A DNA stretch of 64,000 nt from Podarcis melisellensis (lineage: Eukaryota), in NCBI GenBank assembly GCA_964234715.1, contig OZ174289.1. One strand, written 5' to 3'. Below, piece after piece: positions 35,311 to 47,896 of this stretch (positions are counted from its first letter, which is position 1; each line of letters begins with the position of its first letter). Both the position numbers and the translations under genes were made by a program. The notes below the pieces were generated by a model that made no database searches, was not told where the DNA came from, and saw nothing but the letters and a program-made list of their open reading frames with translations.

Positions 35311-36022
35311 AGCCTTATCATTCATACGTTCATAACTTTGCGCTTTTTAGCAGTTGCGCGCCCTCATCCACCAAAAATACACACAGGCGAATTTTCTCTG
35401 GGTCTTCTGTCAACTCTTCTACTGGGACTCTTCCACCGTGTAATAATAATGACCACTGTTCTCTATCCTCCAGTAGCATCCAAACCGGTAAGTATGTATT
35501 TATGTAATTCAGTTAACGTGGAGGAACTGGCTTTAACGAATCTGTGGCGGGTAGGGCAGGAGGTTTCCTGCCCCACAACCTTTCTAGTGAAAATTCCTTA
35601 AATTAAAAATAGCGGACATTTTGGATGTGTGCCCCAGAGAGAGAGAGAGAGACGAGATACCCCTCAATTCCACTCCGTATTTGAATTTGACCTGATTTGT
35701 CTGAACCGAGGATAGCGCCTGGAAGAAACCGGAAGGTTTAAAACTCACAAAACCTCGAAATGTGTTTCAAACTGAGTGTGTCTTGGATATAGGCTGATGG
35801 ATTGGGCGGGGAGTAGTCGAAAATCTACGTTTCTGATTGTGGCAGATCATTCTGGTACAGAGATACAACCACTGTGGTTCCTTATGAATTAAATCCCCAC
35901 CTACCTTCATGACATTTTTCTTTTTTGCAATGGGAGACCCTGAGAGTACTTAACCTCTCTCACTGTTCCAGCCACTGTTGTAATTCGGAATTGCTTTCCC
36001 CTGTCTGCTTCAGGAGCTGGTA

Positions 36023-36213
36023 CAGGAACATAGGAAGCAGCCGTATACAAAGTCAGGTAATTGGTCTAACAAGCTCAGCGTCTACACTGACTGGCAGCAG
36101 CTCCCTGGGGGTTTCTCACACAGCACCCTCTCCCAGTCGAACCAGAAAATGCAGGGGACTGAAACTGTGACCTTCTGCATGCAAAACAAATGCTCTACCA
36201 GTGAGCTATGGCC
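36023..36213 (-). mobile_element. Squam2-like SINE
   Basis: aggaacataggaagcagccgtatac...ccttctgcatgcaaaacaaatgctctaccagtgagctatggccc. Confidence 0.75.
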
Positions 36214-36309
36214 CAACGACTGTGTGTATGTTAATGTGTAACCTTTAGAAATATGTTTCATAAATACTATTTAGGTTGGCAATCAGTGCAAATGGGAGAT
36301 GGGCAGGAG

Positions 36310-36452
36310 CATAGGTGAAGCCAGGGGGACAGGGAGGGGCAGCTGCCCCCCTAAATCAATACAAATCAATAAAAAATACATAAGAAACTGAGGTTCTAGG
36401 CCCCCCCACAAAAGGCCTGCCCCCACTAACAAAAATCCTGGCTATGCCCATG
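36310..36452. mobile_element. MITE (same TIR family as 33908-34073)
   Basis: cataggtgaagccagg ... cctggctatgcccatg. Confidence 0.6.
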
Positions 36453-36864
36453 GGAGGAGGGTCATGTGCTCTAGTGTCTCAAGCCCAAAGGGGGTGTCAA
36501 ATTAAACATTTGTTCATTTTTTTTACATTCTCTAAGTTTCACAATCTGTTTTTCATTTACAGCTGCAAATTCAAGCAAATAAGACATGTGATTTGGCGCC
36601 TTTCTCTCTTCCTTTAGCTAAGATGGGAGCTTTTTAATTGACTGGCTACATGTATTTCTATATCAACATTGTTGCACACATTTTTTTTAATGTGTAATGG
36701 AATTCCTTTTCTATGGAGAAGCATTCAGTCATGTTATTCCCTGTCGCAACAAGATTTCCACTTCATCTGTTGTTTCTGGGAACTAGGACTATGATGTTCT
36801 TTTCAAAAAATAAAAAAATAAAAAGTGGGGGTACAAGGCTCACTGTCTATTTTTACGAAGGCTC

Positions 36865-37055
36865 TTAAGAACTACATAAGAACATAAGAAGAGTCCTCTT
36901 GACCTGGTGAATGGTTCTCCATAGTCCAGCATCCTGTTCCTACAGAAGCCAACCAGATGTGTATGGGAAGGCCTCTCTAGCAGGATCAGTGCGCAAGGGC
37001 ACAGTCCTTCCACCCGCCGTTTCCAGCAACAGGCATTCAGAAGCATTGCTGCTTT
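36865..37055 (-). mobile_element. CR1-type LINE 3' end
   Basis: acataagaacataagaagagtcc...tagtccagcatcctgttcc. Confidence 0.7.
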
Positions 37056-37949
37056 CAAATATGCACAAGAAGCAGCATGATGGAGAACTCAAGGTAACTG
37101 GGATCCCTGGTCAAATTTGTGTACAGACGCAGTCTTAAATATGGGTATGGATGCCTTATAAATCTCCCAGGGAGAAAAAGCTTGATTGAAATTAGGAACC
37201 CGTTTCCGGCAGACAGGCTAGAGGAGAGCCCACACCATCAGGACCCCAACTCATGATGTACATTCGTAGGGCAGCTTGTCAGGGATGATCAATGGTTGGC
37301 ATGGCAACTAGCCTCCTTTCCCACAAGAACACAGTTCTTCTTATTAAATTTGGTTGGTTATTGATCAGTTCTGCATCCATGCATTAGAAACATGACAAAT
37401 ACTTAGCAGAAAACAAGCACATTTTTTAAAAATGAAAAACAATATTATACTTGCACTCCTTCAGAGCTTACAACACAGTGCAGTTATGCTATATATAATG
37501 CCCTGAATCTTTTGTATATTGCATCCATTCCTTAATCCTGACCACCAAAAGACTGGCCACACACGGAGGTCTTATCCAGTAACCAGAATGTGAACTAGTA
37601 AATGCATTTGTTATCATTCACCTTCTTTTACTGAGTGTGCATGAATCATAACTCTTACACAATCTCATTTTCAGATCTTTTGGCTTTGGCATCTGATCTC
37701 GTCCCTCAGTAGCTCAGATCTATTTATTGATACATCTCTCTTCTGTTTGCTTTTAAGTTAGCATCAGAACTGATTGTGTTCCATGGGATTACACATAGAG
37801 AGAGGGGTTTGTTTTTTTCTTGTTGGCATTCCTGTCTCTTTTTCAAAGTGTGACCTTCTGCTTAGGTTTACGGAATCAGACCCATGCATCAGAATTGATT
37901 CACTGCAGGGCAAAGGAGACTGAAGTTTAGCATGTACTTTGAGAAGAGG

Positions 37950-38095
37950 GTGCATGGCTCAGTGGTGGAGCATCTGCTTTGCATGAAAAGCAGACTCAAT
38001 GCCTGGCAAGGGCTCCTTCCTAAAAGCCTGGACAGCTGCTGCCAAACAGTGCAGACACCATTGAGCTAGATGGGCCAAAGATCTGACTTGGTATA
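37950..38095 (+). mobile_element. Squam2-like SINE
   Basis: atggctcagtggtggagcatctgctttgcatg...gagctagatgggccaaagatctgacttggtata. Confidence 0.7.
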
Positions 38096-38399
38096 GATAT
38101 TAGGCCATTGTTAGGTGGTGGAGTGGCTGCTTTGCTTACAGTCTTCTGCTTAAAAGGATCTGACACCAGGTGATTTAAAAGACCACTGCAAGAAACAGCA
38201 GGCTAGATGAACCAACAACCTAATGTGGAATTTGTTTATTGCAATGATTTATACCCCATCTTTGCACATATTTCCTACCAAACTGGCTCACAAGCAATGT
38301 TCAATTACATTTTAAAAAAACATCAACAATATCAAAAACACATAAGGATTCATCCCACAGAGGACAGTGGGTGGTAGATCAACCTGCCATTTCCCCCTG

Positions 38400-38670
38400 T
38401 TCACCCCTTGCACCTTTTTCAAGCTAGGAGGTGATATCAGATTTGGGCACCAGAGGCCATTCCAGATTCACCACCTTCTCACTGTTGTATAGCAAGGCAT
38501 CCCTGAACGGAGCTCTATGGTCAGGATCCAGAAGAGCCTGGTCTTCCCTGGAGCATTGTAGAGCCACCCCCTTGAAAGAGAAAGGACCTTCTTCAGCAGT
38601 GCACATAAACTTGCATCTTTGTTCCACAGTGCTCTCCTGGTCCTCCTCAACCAAGGAAAGCTGCTCTTCC
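38400..38670 (-). pseudogene. Decayed intronless KRAB (A+B) domain; probable retrocopy of a KRAB zinc-finger gene
   Basis: Translation EGPFSFKGVALQCSREDQALLDPDHRAPFRDALLYNSEKVVNLE-WPLVPKSDITS*LEKG aligns with KRAB-A (VTFEEVAVYFSREEWALLDPxQRALYREVMLENYxNVxSL) and KRAB-B (PKPDLISxLExG). In-frame TAG at 38426-38424. Confidence 0.7.
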
Positions 38671-38873
38671 CATTACCTCATTGGCTAAGCAGCCTGAACA
38701 GAAGACCTTTCCGGTACATCCTAAAGAGGAGAGAATCCAAAATGTCTTCCTGCTACCTCTTTGCACCTTCTGAGCATCAACTAAAGACATACAGTACTCT
38801 GTTCATATCCCTTCCAGGAATGCAGTTCCCAGATTGAAAAAGCTTCTTTTGTTTCTTGGACCATGACCTATGC

Positions 38874-39023
38874 CAGGGGTAGGAAACATAAGGCCCGTGG
38901 GCCAGATGTGGCCTAATCGCCTTCTTAATCTGGCCCACCGACGGTCTGGGAATCAGCATGTTTTTACATGTGTAGAATGTGTCGGTAGACCAGCCCACGG
39001 CTGAAAAAGGTTGCTGACCCCTG
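38874..39023. mobile_element. hAT/Charlie-type MITE with 8-bp TSD
   Basis: TIRs caggggtaggaaac / gttgctgacccctg; flanks acctatgc / accaatgc. Confidence 0.8.
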
Positions 39024-39708
39024 ACCAATGCCTACTTCAATTTCACACCTGCCCCTGGCCCCTCCCAGTAACCAGGGAAAAGGAATGTGTGCTTAGGTAG
39101 TGTATTCACACTAGAGACAAATTGCTCATACTGGGGAACAGGCTTTGAATTCAGATGCAGCTTTCTGGCTGACCCTTGCTGGAAAGAGGTGGAGCTTTTC
39201 TTATGTAGTAAGCCAGGATGGGGGATCTGTGGCCCTCCAGTTGTTGTTGGACTAGAGATCAGGGAGTTTGATTTAGACAACCCAGGGATGGGCCCAAGTG
39301 GACTGAGGCAGGCAAAACTGGGGCTTCAAGAGATGTTGGAGCTGGCAGAAGGGACTAGGATCAAAGTAAATCAGGAGCTGGATCCTGCAGAAGGTTCAAG
39401 CAGGTTGTCACAGAGTGGTGTCCTGTTCCTGTGATATCAGGCACCTCCAAAAGGACCATCACTGGTCCCTCCTGTCAGTAAGGAGAGGGGAAGCCCCAGA
39501 GAGTAAGTTGGATACTAAGGCAGCGCCTCTGTTGCCAAGGACACAGAGACACCAGCACTGAAATGAACAACCACACAGCCCCAGCCTACTTGCAGTAGTT
39601 TCCATTTGTTTTCCCAGAGCTGAAGCACCTCTCATTTGCAACACAAAGTTTTGTGCTCACCCTGATCTTCAGAACATGTAGCTGGTTGGAAGAATATCTC
39701 AGCTTGCA

Positions 39709-39778
39709 GTTACAGATAGGTAGCCGTGTTGGTCTGCCATAGTCAAAACAAAAAAAATTCCTTCCAGTAGCACCTGAG
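39709..39778. mobile_element. Tiny Penelope-like insertion with 14-bp TSD
   Basis: ttacagataggtagccgtgttggtctgccatagtcaaaac...ttccagtagcacct flanked by tatctcagcttgca at 39695-39708 and 39779-39792. Confidence 0.7.
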
Positions 39779-40597
39779 TATCTCAGCTTGCACTTAGCCA
39801 TGCCATTCACCTGCTGTGCCTTCCCTATGTATCACTCAGATGTATGCATTAAATAATTTGACAGAAGCAGAAACTCAGGTTCCAGTTCTTCATCAGGCAG
39901 TGAGAGCCAGAACAGCTCCCACCACCCCTGATTGCTGGGGCTGATGGGAATTGGGATCTAACAATGTCTGCAAGGCTGCATGTTCTCAATCCCTGGTATA
40001 AAGTGAAACTCCTGATCTTTCCTTGGAAGGTACTCCACTTTTAGAATCAAACAACCAGAAAACATATGCTCAAGAATGAGTTATGGATCACGAATAATTC
40101 TGAATAATTAATAGGGTTTTGAGAAAATCCTACTGTATTTACAGAGAAGCTGTGGACAAGACCAGAGGTGACATTGTCACGATGAATTATTCATTGTCAT
40201 CACTTTCATTCACTCCCACTCTCTCTACCTCTCAGTCTACAGACGGAAAAATGGCCAACTTGAAGATGAATTTGGGGGAATTAAAACTTATAGTGGGAAA
40301 GACCACAACCCAGCTCATTTTTTTCTTTTCTTATTTAAAAAAATCACTTCTTGTCAATGTGTATCTAGGAGGGACTACCTCTGGCAATCATTGGGCTCTC
40401 ATTCTGGCTGAAGAACTTGAACTTCTAATTTGACGTACGGTAATTACATCCTTTTGACCTGAAGAACACATAAACTTGAGCTACAAACTAAGCAAAGGTA
40501 GGAACTAAGATCACCACGAGGCAGACATGTTAATTTGGTGATAGTATTCAGCAAGTAAGATCAACACAAGTATGCATAATGGTGCCATCACCAAGAC

Positions 40598-40790
40598 AGG
40601 AACTGAGGAAGCTGCCCTAGACCAAGCAAGACCCTTGGTCAAGCTAGCACAGTATTGTTCAGACCACCTGATTGAGGTTCTCCAGGGTTCCTAGCAGGTG
40701 TTACTCACATGACTACCTGGAAATGCAGCAGATTGAACCTGGGACCTTCTCCATGCAGAGCAGATGTTCTATCACTGAGCTGTGGTCCTT
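40598..40790 (-). mobile_element. Squam2-like SINE
   Basis: aggaactgaggaagctgccct...gattgaacctgggaccttctccatgcagagcagatgttctatcactgagctgtgg. Confidence 0.75.
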
Positions 40791-41539
40791 CTCCATTACT
40801 ACACATTACTACATACTGCACTTCGCACAAGAACACAGATCCCTATGGAGCTTACAATGATAAATTTGACAGCAAAGGAAGGATTTAAAAAAATTGAGGC
40901 AAGAGGGGTAGAATGACTGGAATGTATGTATTTGTTTCCATGATGCACATAGCTCAGCTATAGTCAGGTCCAGGATGAAGGACTTAGATTTAAGACTATA
41001 AGCTTTTTGCATCTATGTTGCCAAACTGGTTGAAATCAGTATTAAAGGACTTAATTCATCAAGATCAGGCTGGATTTTTTATGGGCTGACAGTTGAAAGG
41101 CAGTGTAAGGAATATAATGGATGTTATAGAATACTTAAAAGAAATGATAAACAAGTGGCATTGGTGTGAAACAGAACACCAAAGTTTCAGGGGGACTCCT
41201 AGTCCCCTGCATGTGGGAGTCAATGGGTCCTGACTCCCAAGAACTACCACTGCTAAGTATTTCTGCCATTTACTGTCAGACATAAGCAGCTGGATTCAGC
41301 ATGGTGGGGCAGAGAGGGGAGACTTATTCTTACCACCGTCAATCAGTTATGTTATGCTACCAGCTTCAGAGTTCCCTGCTCCTCCCTGGGGAGACAGCCT
41401 CTGCCTTCTCCCAGCCTCTCCTCTATCCTTACCATGACACCTTCTGAGGTTTAGAAGCCACCAGGAGGAAATAGAGAGCTTGTAGCATCTCACTAACTAA
41501 CCCTACTGGGCTGCTTGCTAGTAAGCAGCTGATCTAGTA

Positions 41540-41680
41540 TAGGTGCAGCTAACTTCTGGCCCTCCAGATGTTGCTGGACTGCAGCTCCCATAAGACCCAC
41601 CCAGCATAGCCCAATAGCCAGGGGTGATGGAAATCATAAGCCATCAAGATCTGGAAAGCCACAGGTCATCCACCCCTCAT
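41540..41680. mobile_element. Palindromic hAT-type MITE
   Basis: ggccctccagatgttgctggactgcagctccca...atctggaaagccacagg. Confidence 0.65.
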
Positions 41681-43475
41681 CCAGCAGCTTCTTCCTCCTG
41701 TTCCTCACCCACCCACAAATAAAAGTTTCACTATGTGTTCAGCCTCTTAAAACTGTGCAGAGGAGAGTGGCAAGGTGTGTATGGCATTATATGTGGCAGA
41801 GTAGTGGTGGCTGGTGCCCATTGGGACTGGTAGGGCAAAAGATGGGGAGACCAATAGTAGGTGGAACCAGAGTGAATGGTAGGCACAGCTGCTCCCTCAC
41901 TGGTTGTAAGTAAGGAAACAGGGAGGTAGGGTCTGAGAGGAGAGTTTGAGGTTCGTGGGGCAGTGCACCAATTTCCCTAATGAATCAGCTGCCAGTTGTG
42001 GGATATTTAAATGCAGTCAAACCAACAATTCATGCTTTGCCAGATAGGTGCATGTAGCTGTTGAGCCTCACAGTGTATTCCGATAAATTTGCTAGAGAGA
42101 ACTCTGTGAGAACACTCCCCGTGTGTCCTAAGAGGAAAAGGCCTTAGCTATATATCCCTCCTGCCTGCCTGGGCAAACCCTCTTTCTGTTCTTCTTCACC
42201 ATGCTTGCAACATGACAACATCTGCATGTCCGAGCTCCAAGTTCAGGCTCCATTTTTAAGCTAAACGTAAGTATGTGTTTGCAACTGAATTACTATTTTA
42301 AGCCTGCCTGAACAAAGCTGTGGTATCTGTTATTCTTCAAGAAACATACCGAGTGAGTGAACATAATTTTTACCTTTTCTCAAAATTGTTTCTGAGTGGT
42401 TATTGTTTTAAGGGGGTGAAAAGGAGGGAAGTACCTGGAGAATCCAGTCTGCCTTAAAGCATCCTGGATTACTTAAACTAAAAGGCTAAAACTAGCCTAT
42501 ATAAGCTTCCATTTTAAGCTGTAAAGGGATGGCACTCTGCTAAACTTACAGACACGAGGAAGGAAAATATCTAATAAATATATATTCTAGCATCTAATCA
42601 CATCCCAACACAAGGGATGCAAAAAGATGCAAAACTTTTGTACAACAAAGTGTTACAATGGCAGAAAGAAGTCTAAATAAGTGCTTAAAAAATGACAAGG
42701 TAGGCTAAGGTAGGTAAAAGGACAGTTGCAATTTGGTTAAGTGCAAACAAGAAGACCTGGCAAATATAGGAGGATGTCAGTAAAGGAGAAAATAAGCCTT
42801 TGACAAAGGACAATGGATGCACAGGTTTAGGCAGAGAGGCAGAGAACTTTGCTTGCTTCCAACATGAGGATGAGTGGCAAGGGAGATATTAAATGACACC
42901 CAGTTCACACTGCAATAGACAAACAAGAAATTAAAACAGATGTAGACTGAAAGATCTGTGGGGTTAGCTGAGGTCCAGCTCAATATAATTATAAAAAGGG
43001 AAAGGAAGGACTAAACCTTTTGCAAATACATTTAAAACTTAATGTGCACATGAGGTTCCAGTGTTCTGAAAATGAGCAAATGTGACAGTTGTGTCTATGC
43101 ATGGAAATGAATCTACAAGAGAAGTTCTCAGTAAGACAGTGGGAGCCTAGGAATCTCTGATGCAATTAACACAGAGGAATCTCAAGGTCCTGGCCAGGTT
43201 CTCCAATCCATGAGAAATCACTCAAACCACTCCAGTCAACAGCTGTTTTAATTGATGGGAGGCTGGTAATCTACATGGTAAAAACTTCAGCATGGGGCCA
43301 GTATAATCCCACCCATCCATGCCAAAAAACATCTTCAACAGTAACAGTGGTAAGCTGAGGAACACCAAAAAGGCTGGGGTAGTCAGGGTGGTAAACCTAT
43401 GGCCCTCCAGGTTTTATCTCTCAAACTCCCATAAGCCCCAGCCAGCATATACAATGGCCAGAATCTCAGGAGCTG

Positions 43476-44255
43476 TTGTTGTAGGCATCCATTTGTCTCA
43501 AGAGACAATAGAGTGCACCTCCAGGGGTGAAGTCAAATCGTTGTGTTTGCAGCACCAAAGTTACCTCTCTGAGGCACAAGCATGGACATTGTGCATGGAG
43601 GCCCTGGGCTCCCCAGAAGACAAAACCTTGGCCTCACAGAGGAGGTTGAAAGGAAAGCAGAGCAATACCTTTAGCACTGACTTGGATGCAAGAATTCAAG
43701 GTGCCATCCAAGCATCTTAAGGACTCCACTTCGGATTTGTGTAGGGTTTACTTCTTAGACTTTTTTACTCTCAAAGATACCCCACAAGGCTGCAGAGGTT
43801 TAGGATCAGAGTTTTCCTCTGCCTAGATGGGCTCCCTTCCCCATGGTAGGGACCAAAGGTGGACAAACTACCCCAGAAGGAGCACAATGTGCCTCCACCA
43901 GAGGTACTAGTCCTTCCCTAATACCCCATACAACCCAATATTACAATGTTAGTGTAAACTGGTATAAATGGCACATGCACAGCACAGTCCTAGACTACAC
44001 ATGGCTGTTGGCAAGTCCCATCTGCCCATCACTTTCATCTACAGCATGTGCAGAAACTGCCTTCTTGACCATTGAACCCACTATTGTTCTCATCAGCTCA
44101 ATCCACCAGAGACTGCTTTCACATGCGGGGGGGGGGGGGAGTCCCTAACTCACAGAAGGTTTGAGATTCATTCACCTGGTTTAGCCAGCCAGCTGAAGTT
44201 GTTTCCCAGGGTGTGGCCTCTGTCACATTCTGACAGCTTCTAGGAACCACAGGTG
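43476..44255. mobile_element. RTE-related non-autonomous retroelement inserted in a MITE
   Basis: Inverted homology to 55780-56306 (e.g. cggatttgtgtagggtttact, gaggtttaggatcagagtt). MITE halves lie at ~43384-43475 and ~44258-44300. Confidence 0.55.
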
Positions 44256-45914
44256 TTTCAGCCAAACAATATTTGAGGAGTTACAAGTGTCCATACCTGA
44301 CTTAAAACTTCTAATGCTGCCTGGAAGCTGCTGGTGCAACAGTCTTCCTAGACCTGCTCCTAGTCTAGCAAACCTCCTGGACAGCTCCCTTATTTCTCAG
44401 TACTAGCCCCTGACGGAGCCTGCTGGACAGCTCCCCTGCCTTGCCCAGAAAGCCATACAGTTAAATTTATGGATTTCTCATTGTGCTTTGGCACTGTCTC
44501 CTAGCACACAGTTTTGGAACCTACCAGAAGCCCTGCTGGTCTTTTGAACTACAGCTCCCATCAGCTCCCAGTCAAGGTTGATGGGAGTTGTATACCAAAA
44601 CATCAGGAGGGCACCAGGTTGGGGAAATGCTCTTCTATGCCTAGTGTGCCTGAATCTTTACATATACTTTGAATGGTACCCCAGGAAGGAATGCATTGCT
44701 GGCTTATTTATTGAGCTAACAAAGTCAGGACAATTTATTCGAGGGAGATTTCTTTACATCTTATCACAAATTTTGTTTTCCCCATTTGAGCAGAAGTCCC
44801 CAATAGGATAATTTCTCCTCATGATGATAATTTTGTTACATGCTTTTCATTAATCCAGTTATAACTCCCATAATATTATTTGGCAGCTTATTGAAGCCTT
44901 GAGGAACCATGGGGGTTCATATGCGCATTGTCGGGTTATGTTTTAAAATAATAATAAAATAAAATGAGTCCAATTAAAAATTCTTTTAGTACTGTATGAT
45001 ATAAGAAATTCCCCAAAGAAAGAGATGAAGCATCACCATTCTGTCCACATCATTGCTTCTCTTTGAGAGACAGTGAGGGAAAAATATGCAAATGTTGATA
45101 TCACATAAAAGTCTATCTGTCTGACTACCTTATTTCCCTGAGATATTTGGCTAGTTGAAGAATTGCGGTAGGGTTTTTTTGGGGGGGGGGTTGATAGGGG
45201 TAGGACACATTTCTTTATGACTTAGGGGGGGAATCTTTCTGTAGAATAGTTTTAACTCCCTCAAGCTTTTGCAAATATATTCAAATTATCATGGGTGGGA
45301 GGAGAGATAATTCACATATCACTGAAGATAAATAGCTGGAAAACTATAATATTTACCCTGACATGTTAGGAAATAGTCTAGTGGTGTGTGCTGATTTTGG
45401 TTTTTGGGAGGGTGTTATTTGTAGGCTGTGCACAGACCCCACTGATCCACCCTCTGATTTGTGACCCCCAAATGGGGCCAGTTCACCCTCTGCCGCCCCA
45501 GAGACCACCCACCTAATTGTGAATACTTTCCCCAAACAATGGGAGTAGCTAAGGGTTTTTTTTAAAGGGATTCAAAACATATGGTTAAAATAGAGTTTTT
45601 AAAGGGTCTGGGTTCATTGGGATCATACAGGGTCAGATCCTGTAGGAATGCCACTTACTGGTACATTCCAATGTACACCTCACAGGATTAATGTCTCCAC
45701 TCAACAGCTGCTGTGTGGAGTCATTGATCCTGCAAGGAAGCAGGAAGAAAGTAGAGTTGCAATGTTGGGCCTACCTTCTCCTGGGAAGACACGACCACCA
45801 GTCAGGTAGGTCTCTGCTTTTTTGTGGGGTTTCCCAATGCAGCCTGCCTCTCCTTCCTGCCTGTTGCCCCACCCCTTGATAGCCATGGATTGTTCTGGGA
45901 CAGTCCAACCCAAC

Positions 45915-46110
45915 TCACAACTTACTCACCTTTTCTCTAAACGAAAAAGCCCTAAATGTTATGGCCTTTCTTCAAATGGGAATTGTTCCATTCCCTTCTG
46001 TAGCCTCTTTTCTGAACCATATCTGGTGAGAGAGCCAGAATTATACTCAGTATTCCAAGTGTGATCTCACCCTAGATTTGTATAATGATGTTACGATGTG
46101 GGCAGTTCTG
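45915..46110 (-). mobile_element. CR1 LINE ORF2 fragment
   Basis: ccttttctctaaacgaaaaagccctaaatg...ccagaattatactcagtattccaagtgtgatctcacc. Confidence 0.6.
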
Positions 46111-46809
46111 TTTTGGATGCTCAGAATAAAACTGCATTTGAATCAAGGAACTAGCAAATCCCACATTTAAATGTACACATATATTCAAGGCATCCCTTGC
46201 TCATTTGTAAGTTTTTGCCACTCTGGCAATTTATCCATACTTGAAGGCTCAGCTACCCATGCTTCACTGAAGGCATGAATTATTGCGGAGTGTGAACAAG
46301 GCAGAACATGGTAGTAATAAGCAAAGGAGCCCATGTTTTTCTTAATGGCTATATGTTCCCATTATTAACCGACACTGTGTGACGTGATGGAAAGCCTTGC
46401 CTCCCACCCTCTCCCCCCACCACCTTTGCATCTGTCACATCACAATAATTGTGAAACAATCCATTCTGATAACACCATTGAGACTAATTGCCCTGGGACC
46501 TGCACAAGCCATTTTCAGATGTGTAGCAATCATGGAGTTATGATTATTATGAGACATAGATGTAATGAGTGGGTCCCTAGTGGAAAATGTAAATCAAGGT
46601 GGCATGAGGTCACCATGCCCATCACAACTTTTTCAGCCTGCCTGCTTTCCTGACAAGGGAAATTTATGCAAATTGATTACCCTCAGAAGCTCCATTCATT
46701 GTGGTTTTTAGTTTGTTCTTTGGCTTTGTTTATGAATGCCGTTGTCTTTCTTTCACTCTCCCCAGCAGTGCTTTGGAATGGGAAATGATAGTGATAATAT
46801 CATTGGTTG

Positions 46810-47245
46810 GATCAAATTTATATCCTGCCCTTCCTCCTGAATGAGCCCAGGGTAGCAAACAGATACAAAATGTAAAAGCAAAGACATTCTAAAACTGGCC
46901 AAAACATCCTAAAAACAATTACAATAATAATAATTTTAAAAACACACCATTGAAAAGCAATTTCAGTTAAAAACATCCTTGAATCATCTGATCTCGGGAT
47001 TGCCAGGGACAGTATTCCACCACCACCAAATGCTCAGGTAAACAGGAATGTTTTCAAATTCCTCCTGAAAGTTACTAAATGATGGAGACAGGCACACCTT
47101 ACTAGGGAGGGCATCCCACAACTGGGGAACCACCACTGAAAAGGTCCTGTTATGAGTCAGCACTGCCAGCAAGGCCTGACCTGCCAATCATAGGGTTCGA
47201 GGCAGCTGGTACTGGGGATGATACTCTTTTAGATGGTTGGGTCCC
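46810..47245 (-). mobile_element. L2 LINE 3' fragment
   Basis: ORF 46984-47187 contains RTFSVVVPQLWDALPSKV..SPSFSNF, resembling the L2 ORF2 C-terminus RAFSVxAPxLWNxLP, followed by an L2-like 3' end. Confidence 0.7.
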
Positions 47246-47399
47246 ACTAACAAGAACACTATTAAAACTGACAGCAACTAAGGGCCTTGTGCTAATGCTG
47301 GAGCCAGAGTCAATGTGTTACATATGAAGCAACTGCAATGTCTTCTTTGTATAAAATAGAAGTTTTATACAAACATACACTAGTTTGAAGAGCATGCCA

Positions 47400-47745
47400 C
47401 TGAACTCCATGGTGAGACCACTAGTCTATCTAGCCCAGTGATTGTCTATAAGAACTGGCAGAAATACTCCAAGGTTTCAGATGGGGATATTCCATGCCCA
47501 AGATGGAAATGCTGAGGCTTGAACGTACCACCTTCTGCAGGAGAAGCATATACTCTGCCACTGAGCTATGGCCCAGCGCATCAGATGGCAAAGCTAAAGT
47601 GGCCCATCTAGCATGTGTTGTCTGTACTTAATGGCAGCAGCTCTCCATTGATCAAACAGGGAAACTTTTCCAACCCTACCTAGAGATGTCAGGGATTGAA
47701 CCTTGACCTTCTGCATGCAAACAGTGTATGCTAAAATGGCACTAT
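47400..47745 (-). mobile_element. Two tandem Squam2-like SINEs
   Basis: ccttctgcaggagaagcatatactctgccactgagctatggccc and cagggattgaaccttgaccttctgcatgcaaac. Confidence 0.65.
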
Positions 47746-47792
47746 TGTCCCTGTCCCTTTCCTTAAAAATGGGCTTTAAGCTAGGAGTAGAG

Positions 47793-47896
47793 CAGTGTTT
47801 TCCATGCTTGGGTCTCCAACTCCCATCATCCCTAGCTAGCAGGACCAGTGGTCAGGGACTATGGAAAAAGTAGTCCAAAACCAGCTGGAAACACTG
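47793..47896. mobile_element. hAT MITE with 8-bp TSD
   Basis: cagtgttttcc...ggaaacactg; flanks gagtagag / gaatagag; homologous to 59793-59928. Confidence 0.75.

Noticed and set aside
39032-39280. Possible SCAN-domain remnant upstream of the KRAB relic (EQF motif)
   Set aside because: The similarity is too slight to support by eye.
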